A stretch of DNA of 64,000 nt, from the NCBI GenBank assembly GCA_964270895.1, contig OZ185437.1. One strand, given 5' to 3'. The position numbers were made by a program, and so were the translations under genes. This DNA comes from Podarcis filfolensis. Taxonomy: Eukaryota. The notes under the pieces are model-generated. The model made no database searches. It was not told where the DNA came from and saw only the letters and a list, made by a program, of their open reading frames with translations. Each line of letters begins with the position of its first letter. Positions within the stretch are counted from its first letter, which is position 1. Below, piece after piece: positions 10,185 through 22,400 of this stretch.

Positions 10185-13100
10185 CTTTGGGGGATGAGGG
10201 AACATCGGAGGGGAGAAGGGAAAAATACATTTTAAAATATGAGAAATATAGCTCACATCTACATTCATTAAATACAAGAGGCAGCTCTACTAAAGAGGTT
10301 GCAATGATCATGGTTGAAAAGGAGAGTCTCAAAAGCACAGCACTGGGTTTTAAAGGTGGACTAAGCTGTCTATTTACCTGAAGAAAATAGTCAAAAGTAG
10401 GTTTGCAAGGACAAGCTGCTGTGAGCTGTTTTCTTTCTAAGCCAGTGTTTTGCTTTAGTCATTTTTGCATTATCAAGGTTCACAAAATTAAGTTGTGAAA
10501 GTTGCTAGGATTTTATATGCAAAAGAATTTTATATTTTTATTGAAACAGCTTTTGTGTATTTAAAGAACCTTGTTATCAACATGCTATGTTACCTACAAA
10601 AGATGGTAAAAAACCAACTTAGATTGCTCTATTATCGTAAAAGCAGACTTACAGAAAAGGCCAATTTGTGCTTGTGAATGGTAAACAGGTATATAGTTCT
10701 CCACCTGTAACAACCTGCGTTGATTTTTGTGCACACTGCTTTGCATGTTACCTGACAATCTGGGCTCACTATGAATATCAGACAATACAAAATTTCAAAG
10801 TAAATTCACTCTGTCTTAATTTTGTTTGGAAAAATGTCCCCAAGCTCTTCAGTTCCAGTAGCCTGAAAATAATGCCAATGAGGAGTCAAGTTTGAACGTA
10901 TGTGATGGCAAACCACCTCACTAGTTTTGATTATAGGGCTTTCTACATACATGAAAGATCTGGAAATACATACAAATCAAAAGGACAAAGAGAACCATTA
11001 CCATAGGATGAGTTTATATCTAAGTGTGCATGCAGTTACTTACTGCCTAGGACTCAAATGTTTGATCCTTAGGGGAACTCTTCTGCTGTAGGGGTTTGAT
11101 TTCCACAATACTTCAAAGGGCTTTATTTTGCTTGGGGAAAGCAATATTCTTTGGGCAACAAGCCCACTTGTTGCATTTGTGAGTACTGTGTAGAAATTCA
11201 TAATCATTTGTGACTGCAGAAATATCACTTGCATAATGCCTCCCCTTGCACCATAATACATTTTTCTTAACATTTTTTTCTGGCTTCTAACACCATGCAT
11301 ATCTACTCAGAAGTAAGTCCTACTGAGTTCACTAGGACTTACTTACATAGCAGTAAGTGTCTAGGATTTCAGTTTCTATGTCTGGGGTAGCTGCCCTTGC
11401 AAATTTGAATACAAATTTGAAAAATGAAATATTGTATAGACAGGCTTTACTTACCTCCTTTCTACAGTTTTCAGCATTGTCTGCATTCTTTCTTCAATTG
11501 TTGCTTTGATTAAGAATCTATGAACAATTGTGGGCCTGAATTTTTTTTTCGGGAAAGAAAAGACTATTCAGCACACGTTGTTATACTTATAGGGATATCC
11601 CTTACAAGTTTATGCAGTAGATCACTTTGTTCAATGGGCTTACTCCCTAGAAAGGGAGTTTAGGATTACAGCCTTCATAGTCTTTATTGTTTACTCTATA
11701 ATAGCTCCAACAACAAGCATGTGATGTGTATTATAAACCACTTATGTTTCAGAAAATGCTAGAATTATAATGTAGCTTTAGGACAATACTGGCTACAGAA
11801 ATTTTGACAGGTGTTGACCAGCCAATGTCATTATGAGATTATTAGCAAGTGGTTGGTTCTGCTGGTACTTCCTGTTTCTACTGACCTGCCACTTACTCTC
11901 AATTTATTGCTGTAAGCTATGTGTAATCCTAATGCTGCATTTATTTAGTTAATTTATTTCATAGAATTTATATACCACTTAACTGTAGAAAACCTCAGAG
12001 TGGTTATACATACACTGCATTCAGTGGCAGTTAGGTGAGCCCAAAACAGTTTTGATCCTTACTTAGTTTGCCCAATGCGATGCACTCTGCCAATGGCCTG
12101 TAGCTCATGTGCTGGATTCAAGATAGGTTCTACTAGGAGGACATGTGTTGCCTCAATAATATTCAATCCATTCGAGCCAGTATGGAGAGGCAATAACAAT
12201 ATGTTGATCTTGGGATCATACTTAAATGCAGATAGATTTTCCTGAAAGGCAAAATAAAGAATAATATTCAAAACTTCACCAGCTCCCTGTATATTTAAGA
12301 ACAAATTCAGTTGCTATAAAGTGTGACAGACCAGTGACACTTGAATCCTAAATTCTTTACAGAGTGGACCTGAGAGGTAATGGATCACACATAACTCGAG
12401 AATACTTAGGGCTGGTGCACATACATCAATAACTCTCTCCTGTTAACAATGACTATAACTATTCCTTCCCTTGCAGATCTGGAAGAATAATTTTCCCTCC
12501 TCACTTCCCTGCGGTTAAGCAGCTCATCACCACTGCAGCAAAGGACCTGAAGCTAGTCAGAAGGGGTTTCAAAGCTTGCATGAAATGGAACCCTTAGCCA
12601 CTGTTAACTTCACAGCAGCAATGAACATGAACAATGGGTGATTAAATTTTAATCCCACGTTATAAATCAAAATTGGCTCCCCAAGCAAACACATGACTAA
12701 TTAAAATCACTGTAAATAATTAAAACACAATAAACAGTCTTAGGCTAGATGTGATGTGAGAGTGTTGAGACAGAGAGAGCAGGTGTGCACTACACCTGAG
12801 CACAGGTATGCGGGAAGGGTGCCTGGGCATGAAGTACAGCTGCAGATGTATTCAGGCATGATAGAGGGTTGCCTGGCTGCTGCCTCCTTTCTTTCTGATG
12901 ACCTCAGAGATTAAATGTGCTAGGTGGGCATGAGGGGGCTTTTCAGATGGAGCTTGGTCCAGACACAATTTGGGGGGAGGGTGTTTACATGCACATTCCT
13001 GAGTTATTTTGACTTGCTTAGCTGCAATTAACAGGGAGTGGGCATTATCTTTCTAGTAGCTCTGAAATTAGCCTAGCTCTCTGACAGTTTAATTCTTTTT

Positions 13101-15567
13101 ATTTTTGCGCCAAGCAAGTGCTAGGTGCTATCAGCTCAAATACAATGTCACATTCTTCTGATTATTCCTTCAGCACAAGCATTTCAGCTTGCCAGATGGA
13201 ACAATCTTCCCTGTTCTCCCTACCTCCTAGTCCTGGGAATTTGCCTGCCCCCCCAATTTTGGGGGCATAGGAGGAAGCTCCACTGTGCAAGCAGAAACCC
13301 TTGAGCAGGGCTTCTGCTAATGGGACTTGTTAGGTGAATCCTGTCTCAATATATTCCGGCAGACGTCTGTCCTCTGAAATCCTCATAATGATACTCTCAA
13401 GACAAAGCAAAGGATTAGATTACAATCAGTGAGCAGTTGAAGAAACATACCTGAAATTTGTTAATTCCATTGATTTGAGCAAACTCCATGCTATTATCAT
13501 ATAGCGCTTTTGCAATGATATCGAGCACATCTTGCCACTATAAAATAAAAAAGATATTTCCATATTACAAACAAGATGGTACTTATCAGAGCACCCAGCA
13601 TCTAAAATAGGTGGGAAGAAAACTAGAAGATACACTTTCCCATGTATCCTAATTTCATCTTAACTTAAAATTATCTTCATTAGCTATACCATCACCCAAT
13701 CCAAACAGCTTTGAGGTTTGTGTGTGTGCATTTACAATTGAGCAGTAAACAAAATGTATGAAATAAACAATCTAGCTATATACCACCTTTTGAATAATGT
13801 ACGTTTTAATTATTAAAACTTTTAGATATACCGTTGAGAAAACTAGGGATTTGGCTCCTGGATCTTTGAACTGGATTTTCTTTAGAGTCCTGACCACAGC
13901 TTCCACTTTGGTGGAGTGACTTCCCTTTGAAAAAGAAGAAATTGAAGATTATGTTTCCTTTATATAGTTCACATCTGATTAAAGTCATTCAGTAACACTG
14001 TGTGTTGATATGTTTGTTTACATAAATATATACAGTGAAATTTGCCATAAATGATTTCCATAAAGAAATCTATCCTATTTTTAAAAGTTATGTATAAACA
14101 TTGTAAGCATTTCGCAAAAATGTTATTCAAATAGAAGTTCCTCCATGTGATTTTTTTTTTTAATTAAAAGTAATTAGTTGCGGACTGAGGTGCAGTGGAG
14201 CACAAGGTGTGAGTGGAGTGGGCACACGTAAAGTAACACAGAATAAGACACAGGACAGCAGTACTGGGATTAAATGAGACCACAACTTTTAATGACTACA
14301 GATGTAAGAAGGTTTTGGTGTAGGCATTGGGTGTGTATATTGAAATCCATTCAGCCCAATGGCTGGTTGATGGTTGGAGGGTATTTGGGGCTTGGCACTA
14401 TAAATATCAACAGATTAATCAGTATGTTCTGCTATCTAAAGAACTATAAACTTCACAAAATCAAATTCAACTACCAGCAAGTTCCAACTGCCCATAAATA
14501 AAATCTCAGTGATTAAAAGGGTTGTTTTTTTAAAAAAACAGACGGCTGCCATTTATTTATTCAGAACATTTGTTGAAAGTTTGAAGTCCTTGGGTGGTTT
14601 ACAGAAAACTCAGTTCAAACATAATCATACTAAAACATTAAAAATCAGTCATTTGGTTTCCCTCCTAAAAATCTAGGTTTGTTGCCAGTCAGCATGGCAT
14701 CTAAACTTTCTTCCAAGTAAGAAAAATGTAAATACTCTTACAGGATGATTAGAAACTTGTATCAATATAAAAAGTTCCCATCTGTATGACAGTTTACCTT
14801 CACAGGTATATCATCTTCTTGGTTTGCTGCCTCTGCAGTGAAGACATAGGAGATTTCTTTATGTGATGTTGTTTGTCTGCAGATGGCACACTTGATTGAA
14901 CTTCTGCGGGTGCCAACACTGTACTGTTCTATAATAATAGCTATACACTCATTGCAGAAGCAATGTCCACATGTCAACACTGCCCACTAGAGGGAGAAAT
15001 AACAGCAAGTAAGTGCAAAGACATATGTGATGTTGGAGTTCACATGCAAACATGACAATGCATTAGAACTAAGTAGAAATTTGTAATTTTTAAACATTCG
15101 AATTTAAATTCCATGAAGAAATCCATCTACAATGCTGGTTGCAATTAATATGTACACATTACTTAAGGATACTAAAGGCATGAATCAGGGAAGGAGCCAT
15201 TAGTGATGTTGCTACCCCATACTGTATACTGATCTCTGGAATAATCAGAAAAATCTCTCATATCTCTCTATCTATCTCTATAAATCTATATACAGTTCTA
15301 CTTTGGTTGTCAAACGGCTTGGCTACCGAACAAATCAGCTCCCGAATGCCACAAACCCGGAAGTGAGTGTTCCGGTTTGCAAACGTTTTTTGGAAGCCAA
15401 ACATCCAACACAGCTTCTGCGGCTTTTGATTGAGTGCAGGAAGCTCCTGCAGCCAATCAGAAGCCACACCTTAGTTTCTGAACCATTCTGGGAGTCAAAC
15501 AGACTGCTGGAATGTATTAAGTTTGACAACCAAGGCACCACTGTATCTGTATCTCTATCTACATCCA

Positions 15568-15609
<42 letters not shown>

Positions 15610-16402
15610 CCTATCTACCTACCTACCTACCTACCTACCTACACACACACAAGGAGCTTTTGATTATAAGGTCAAAAGAAAGGTAAAAAACAAGGAGTTA
15701 GTGAAATGGATATAATTACAAATAGAGCATAAAAACACAACTTAAACCAATCTGGACCCTGTCAGGTGTCTCTTCCGAAAGAAGTCCAGAGGGTGGCAAC
15801 ACAAGAACGGGCCTTTTTTGTGGTGGTTCTCTGTGGAGTGCTCTCCCCAGGGAAGTTTGGTTGGCACTAACTTTAAAAATATGAAATCTTAAGATCCTCT
15901 ACAGAAAAATCCATAGGTGAACTTCTTACCTGTTTTCCCAGTTGCCGTGCACAAATTGGACATGGCTCTGGATTCACTCCTCCAGTTGTTTTATCCTGAG
16001 ACTATGGAAGTATTAAAGAAAACATTTTGGGTGAGCGAGTAAAAGTAAATTAATACTTAAAGTAATCTTACAAATGATTTGAAGCTGGAACAACTTTAAA
16101 GCCTGGTAAGTTTGGCAATTCATTATATAGGACCTGTTTGTAAGTATGTTAAAAATAAATCAATACCTGGAAAAATAAAAGCAATAGCTTGGATTCAAAG
16201 ACTCATGTGTGTGTTAGTGCTATCCAGGTGTTCTTGTGCAAGCTTGTGGAAGACATCTTGCAGTGCAGTACCACAATTTACTTGGGATTACATTATTACA
16301 GTATAAGAAACATACAATACAAGCTGTAGCATACAAACTCCATTAATAAACTTGTGCAAAAAGAAAAATCTTTCCTGAATTGGGGTTACTTTCTCATGCT
16401 AT

Positions 16403-16447
<45 letters not shown>

Positions 16448-19400
16448 CAACAGCCCTTCTGTAACCAGAAGGGCATATTTGGATTCAAGCCAGTATTTTT
16501 CAGGAGTTATAAAACTAAGAGAGAAAATGCTGTCTGAGATTCAGTGATCCGCTTTAGGATTTCTATGAGAGATATTGCTTAAAAAGAATTGTTTAAAGCA
16601 CTATGGTTGATGAATGCAAACAACTCCATGGAAAACTTCCAAGAGGCAAACGGGGGGCGGGGGTAATTCTGAGTCATGATTTTAAAACACAATCCAGACA
16701 ATTTTAGGTGTGTCCAAGAGCTTGTACAAGCCCAGTGGGACTTCTGTCTTTTTTATCATTTAGGCAACAGCCTGCGTCAGTATTTCAAACTGGTTTTGAA
16801 ACTTCCCTGAGAATTAGCTAGCTATGTAGTATGGTAAGTTCATGTATATAAGAGAGGGAGAGAATGAATTCATTTTGTGCAAAAAATGGCTTGCATAGTT
16901 CTCATAACTATGATCTAAAAATTACAAAGCTGGCATTTAAGGAAGAATGAGATTTTTCCTTTTGTTTAATTAGCGCAGTTTGCAGTGATTCAAATCAGCA
17001 GAAAGTCCCAATTATGTGAAGGTTAGCAACTTGTATACAGTGGACGCTCGGGTTATATTACCTTCGGGTAACGTAACTTTCGGATTGTGAACGCGGCAAA
17101 CCCGGAAGTGTATACTTCCGGGTTTTGCTGCACGCACATGTGCAGAAGCGCTCTACGCACCTTGCGCATGCACAGAAGCACTCTGTGTGCCTCACACATG
17201 CACAGAAGTGCTTAACTGCGCCGCACGCGTGCACAGAAATGGTGCATCTACTTAAGTAATTTTCGGGGTGCGAACAGACACCCGGAACAAATTAAGTTTG
17301 TGTCCGGAGGGTCCACTGTATTATTTAGAGCTATGAAGCACAGTCTGGAAGGTATCCTGCATCTTGACATAGCTATACAAACATCTGCAACAGGTATCTA
17401 CAGCTATTTAAGGAGTCATAGTTTTGAGTCTATCCTGTTCCCTTTATATCCATACTGGACATACTTGAAAGAATGAGGTAAAATCTGCAGAACCTCAGCA
17501 CAGCTTTTCTTGTCTCGGCTCCAAGAATCTCTTTGAGGATAATGCCAATGCAAAGTAGGAATCCCTGTTCCCTCATTTCTTTCTTTTAGATATTCAAACA
17601 ATACGAGGGAAGATTCAAGAGAAAATCCTATCTACAAGGTAATAGAGAGTTACACATGAATGTAATTTGGAAATGGTGCAAGTCAACCTTACCTTTTCCA
17701 AATTAGTGAGGTAGAGGAGCTGGCCCAGTTTCTTCTGAAGCTGTGATTTGGCAACTGCTTTGTCGTTCAGGAGTTTCACTCGATTTTGTTCTACCTAGAA
17801 AAGAAATGTAACCATTCAGTGATCATTAAGGCAATCTCTAGATATAATACAATAAACATATAATCCTGGTGTGCAAGTTATATCTAGTCCCAAAACAATG
17901 AAGAGATGCTACAAAAAGAACATTCAACAAACAGCAGGACTGAGGTTTTAAAGTCCTGTTTAGTGGCAAGCAGCAGTCCCAAATGGTGGCTTAATCAGCA
18001 CTACTGTATTTCGGATACAATGCAATCTTGTCACCTCATGCGGCTCAATTATGTGAAGAACAGGGTGGTTGGGTTTTGGCTCTTCCGGATGACGCACTCT
18101 AAATCGTTCTGTAGCCATGGCAAGCTCATCAATGGCAGACACGTGATCTCGGAGGACCATCCAATATTCATGAAGCAGCTGAAGGGAAAATAAAAAGATA
18201 ATCAGCAGCAGCACGGTAGGCTATGGTTAACAAATAATTCTGTGTCCCAGCACTAAGGATTTCAAAATAACACCAACAGAAAAAAATCTAATGGAAAATT
18301 ACAGCTTTGCACTGTAAAATTACTGTACTTTGTAGTGCAAAACATATGCATACCCACCCACACAGGTACACAGAAGAAAGTTACAGTAAACTAGAAATTC
18401 TGTGATAGCTATGAGTGGGAAAACCAGCTATTTTCGCAAAACTAAGCACACTTCAGTATGCACAATTCCTGGTTGTTATTCCTTTTAAAGGGTCCAAAGA
18501 CAGAATAAAAAGCCTGCTTTCACAAAATAACTTGAAACATAGCCAAACTAGAGAAAATTTAAGTCAATATTTTAAAGGTACAGTACTCTTACCACATATA
18601 TCATGTATATATCATTACAATGACCTAGGGAAGTAAGCCTGTATTATTATCATCCCCAAACTGCAGCTACGGATCCAATGCTGTGACACTACCTCTTGCC
18701 TAAAGACTACTTAATTTCTGCCTAAAATGAGACTTAACCTACAGCTTCCTAGTTTACAATTCATTCTCTTAGCCAACAGCTATAGTTTGAGGAATAAAGA
18801 ACTATATCAACTTAAAAATGCCTTCACAGGAATCAATTTTCAGTTTTTAAATGCTGCTGCCATGCAGCACAGAATACGAGGCCTTGGTAGAGTTACCAGG
18901 TACAGTACTGCAGAGACTACATAGCCAATTGAAAGTTTACTAGTACTGGACAGATGGAAGATACAAATGCACAGCCTTTTTTTGTCACTGGTAACAGGTC
19001 TCCATATGTGTCCTCAAAGCAACCATATGTGAAGAGACAATTTGTTCCCCACTAGCAACACTAGAAGGACATTAATGTCATAAATGGCTGATTAGCACCA
19101 GTAATTTAACTGCCTGTATGACAAAGCCTCCATCCAGCACTTAAGGGTTGAGACATGAGCAATGAAGAGCTGGGAATGGCATTTCAAAACAAGCCTTTTA
19201 GTTTAGAGAAAACTGCTTTGGGAACATCTATAACAAAGAGCTCTGTGGTACATTAACCATTTTGTTGTGGCATACCCTTTCATTATTCAGAGCAGAACCT
19301 TTTGAGTATATGTTACCCAACATATTTGGTTACGTATTTGCGCACTGAGACCATTTACATTATGTGCATCTCCACCCACCCAAAAGAAAACAACTGTGAA

Positions 19401-22400
19401 CAGTGAAATCAAAAGATTATGAAATGCAAGGGGTCATGGTGGCCTGTGACAATTGCCTAACACAGCGATAAGAATATACATACTGATCACACAGATGAAA
19501 TGTTGTGGTTGTATGTGCTATGTATTATTACCATCCTTATTCTTTATTGAATGAATTATCATTGTATGAAATGATTATCTGTTAGGTAAAAGGCAAAGGT
19601 AAAGGACCCCTGGATGGTATGCTTTGGAACTGCTAGGTTGGGAGAAGCTGAGACAGAGCAATGGGAGCTCACCCCGTCGCACAGATTCGAACCGCCAACC
19701 TTCCGATCAGCCAGCCCAAGAGGCTCAGTGGTTTAGACCACAGCACCACCATTATATATTGCTGTTTTATGACTCTTGTCATTATAATTCTTGTAAGCAG
19801 CTTTAAGCATGTTTTTGTGGAAAGGAGGTTTACAAATAAATCAATCACTATGACTGTTACGCATGAGTTGTCTAGATGCCTATCAACCAAGCAACTCAAA
19901 ATGCTCCTTATGTTCTGAACTTTTCACCATGATTTCTTCTGACTGTTGTACCTTATATTCCTTTTTCCATGCTTCAAAAAGTTCCAAGAAGATGCTGCCC
20001 TCTTCAATTGCCTTGGCATCTATTCGATGAGCTTTGGCAAAAGACAGTATAGCTTTCAAAGAGCGCTCAGTTTCACTTGCTGCCCAGAGACCTCTGCTTG
20101 TGGTAGGTAAGCGGTCATCAACCAGACCGTCTTCATCTTCTATCATTTCTTCAAAGATTGCCATCTGTCCCTTTACACTTAAATAATGTAGAAGAATTAG
20201 AGTAGTCATCATATCTGAAGTCCGTATGAATCTTAATGAAATCAAAGATAATAGGCAAACAAACGCTACAGTGCTTGATATAGTGACCTTATTTTAAAAC
20301 TTATACCAATTCTCCTCACAAGAACACAGTGAAAGAGAACATAATTCACCTGAGTTTCACACTCCCAAGAGGTGGAGCAGCTCTCAAAGAGAAGGAACCT
20401 TGTTTCTATCCAGAAAGGATATGGAAGGTCACAGCAGAAACTGCTTTCTGATCAATGAAAGAAGTTTGCTTTCATCACAAGTGCACAAAAAGGGAGAAAA
20501 TCACTTACGTATGGGAGAAGAGCTTTGACTCATATTCTGTGAACAATTCATCAGCCTTACAGAAGACACAGCTGGAATACAAGATATTACAAAGAGAACC
20601 ATTTAGAAGATCAATAAACAATTAAATTTTCCAAAGTTTGGTATCAGTATTCTTTCAATTAATAAAAAGATTTGGAAACTAACCCCACTGAGATGCCTAA
20701 TAAGAAATATAACATGAGAATCAGAAAAATATATTTAGGTTTTTAAAAACTCAACAGGATCCATGCACACACAGTTGTGGGATGTGTCTCATTATTAGAA
20801 GAAATGCTAATTGGAATCTCAGTGACAGAGGTGTAGGTGTTTTCACACCTACTTGTTTAGGGGCAACCTCACAGGGCGCAGATGGCAGATAGTGGCAGCC
20901 TCGATAACCTCTTTGGAAGGAGGGCCCTCCAGTTTTTTCACAGCCTCTCTCACACGTTTCTGGAATTTCTTTACTTCTTCCATTTGAGTTGTGAGCAGGT
21001 ACTGAAGGCCTCTGCAGTCACGGAATCTAGCAAAAACAGGAAAAGTCAAAACTTTATTTTGAAATCACTGGATTGACTCACGGCCCATATACTGTATGCA
21101 ACTTCTTCTGGCTGAATGGCATGAGGATGCAAACCTTACTTCAAATTTTTATCAGGGGAACATTCAGAACTGGCTGTGTGGCTAACAGCTTGCAAACCAT
21201 TTCTGCTTTTGACTTTTGGCAGAATGCAGAGCGATCTCTGTGAGTAGCCTATAAGTGAGGTAATGTGCCTATACAAGACAATTGCAGTTTTCTGAAAAGG
21301 CAAGTCAATGTAGAGCATACACCAATATACCAAGCTGATATTTTAAAATATGCATACAATTCTACTTATTCCTAGAAAATGGTGCTTTAAGAGTGAAATG
21401 ATGTAATTTTTTAAAAAATAATGTTACACTCCAGAGCAAAAATAATTGCTAAAGAGATTAATGAATCCATAGACTATTATCTCAAACATAAAAATACACC
21501 TAATGCACAACTAAGATTTAAATCAACATAAAAGGGAACAGAAGACTTACATTTTTGAAAACCAAAGTTGTATTTGGATACATACATCGCTTGAAGCATT
21601 TTCAAATTTTAAATGATAGCCCAGATGTTTGCAAGCAAGCAGTGCCTGGGGCATGGTGTATGAGCTGTCACAAACTGAGTAAAACTTGAGAATTATGATA
21701 AGGAACATTACTTTGTAGCTGCTGACTTACTTGTCTGCCATAGAGAGTTTATTAGTTTGTTGTTTGTAATTGCTAGTAAGATCATTTTGCACCCGTTGAA
21801 CAAGCTCCTCATCAATAGCATATTGTATTGCTGACTGGATCACATCCAACCACCAAGGTGAATTGGAGCGCATCTAGGTGCAGAAAATAGGCCCATAAAT
21901 ACATGTGCCACATCTTGTGTGATAAAAAGACATGCCTGAGAAACACACACTTTCTTGTGACTAAATACAAGACCAGCAGCTTTTCCCCAGGTAAATTTTG
22001 ACACACTGCAGTCATCTTAGATAATTTCAAAACTGATTTTTAAATATAAACAATTGTTTAAGTATTTTCTCTTACTCTGTTTACTTATTTTTTGTTGCAT
22101 TTAAGACAGCAAGAGACAAATCAGTAGCTAGATTTAACAATGAAAAATAAATGAGGAATATTTGAAACTGTGGAAACAGTGCAATTAGGTGAGCATATCT
22201 CTTTAATGACATGAGTACTTCCCCCCTTTCTTCATATGTTACACCCCAAAATGAGGCTTAGAAAGGCCTATTGTAGTGAATTATTTCCTAAGATCTTCCT
22301 TGAGGAGCTACGTGTTAAAAACTGACATATTCTTGCCTTAAAGTTATTTTGCTTCTTAGAGAGAAAAGCAAGTCTCATCTGGAGAACTGCTTTTTATTAG

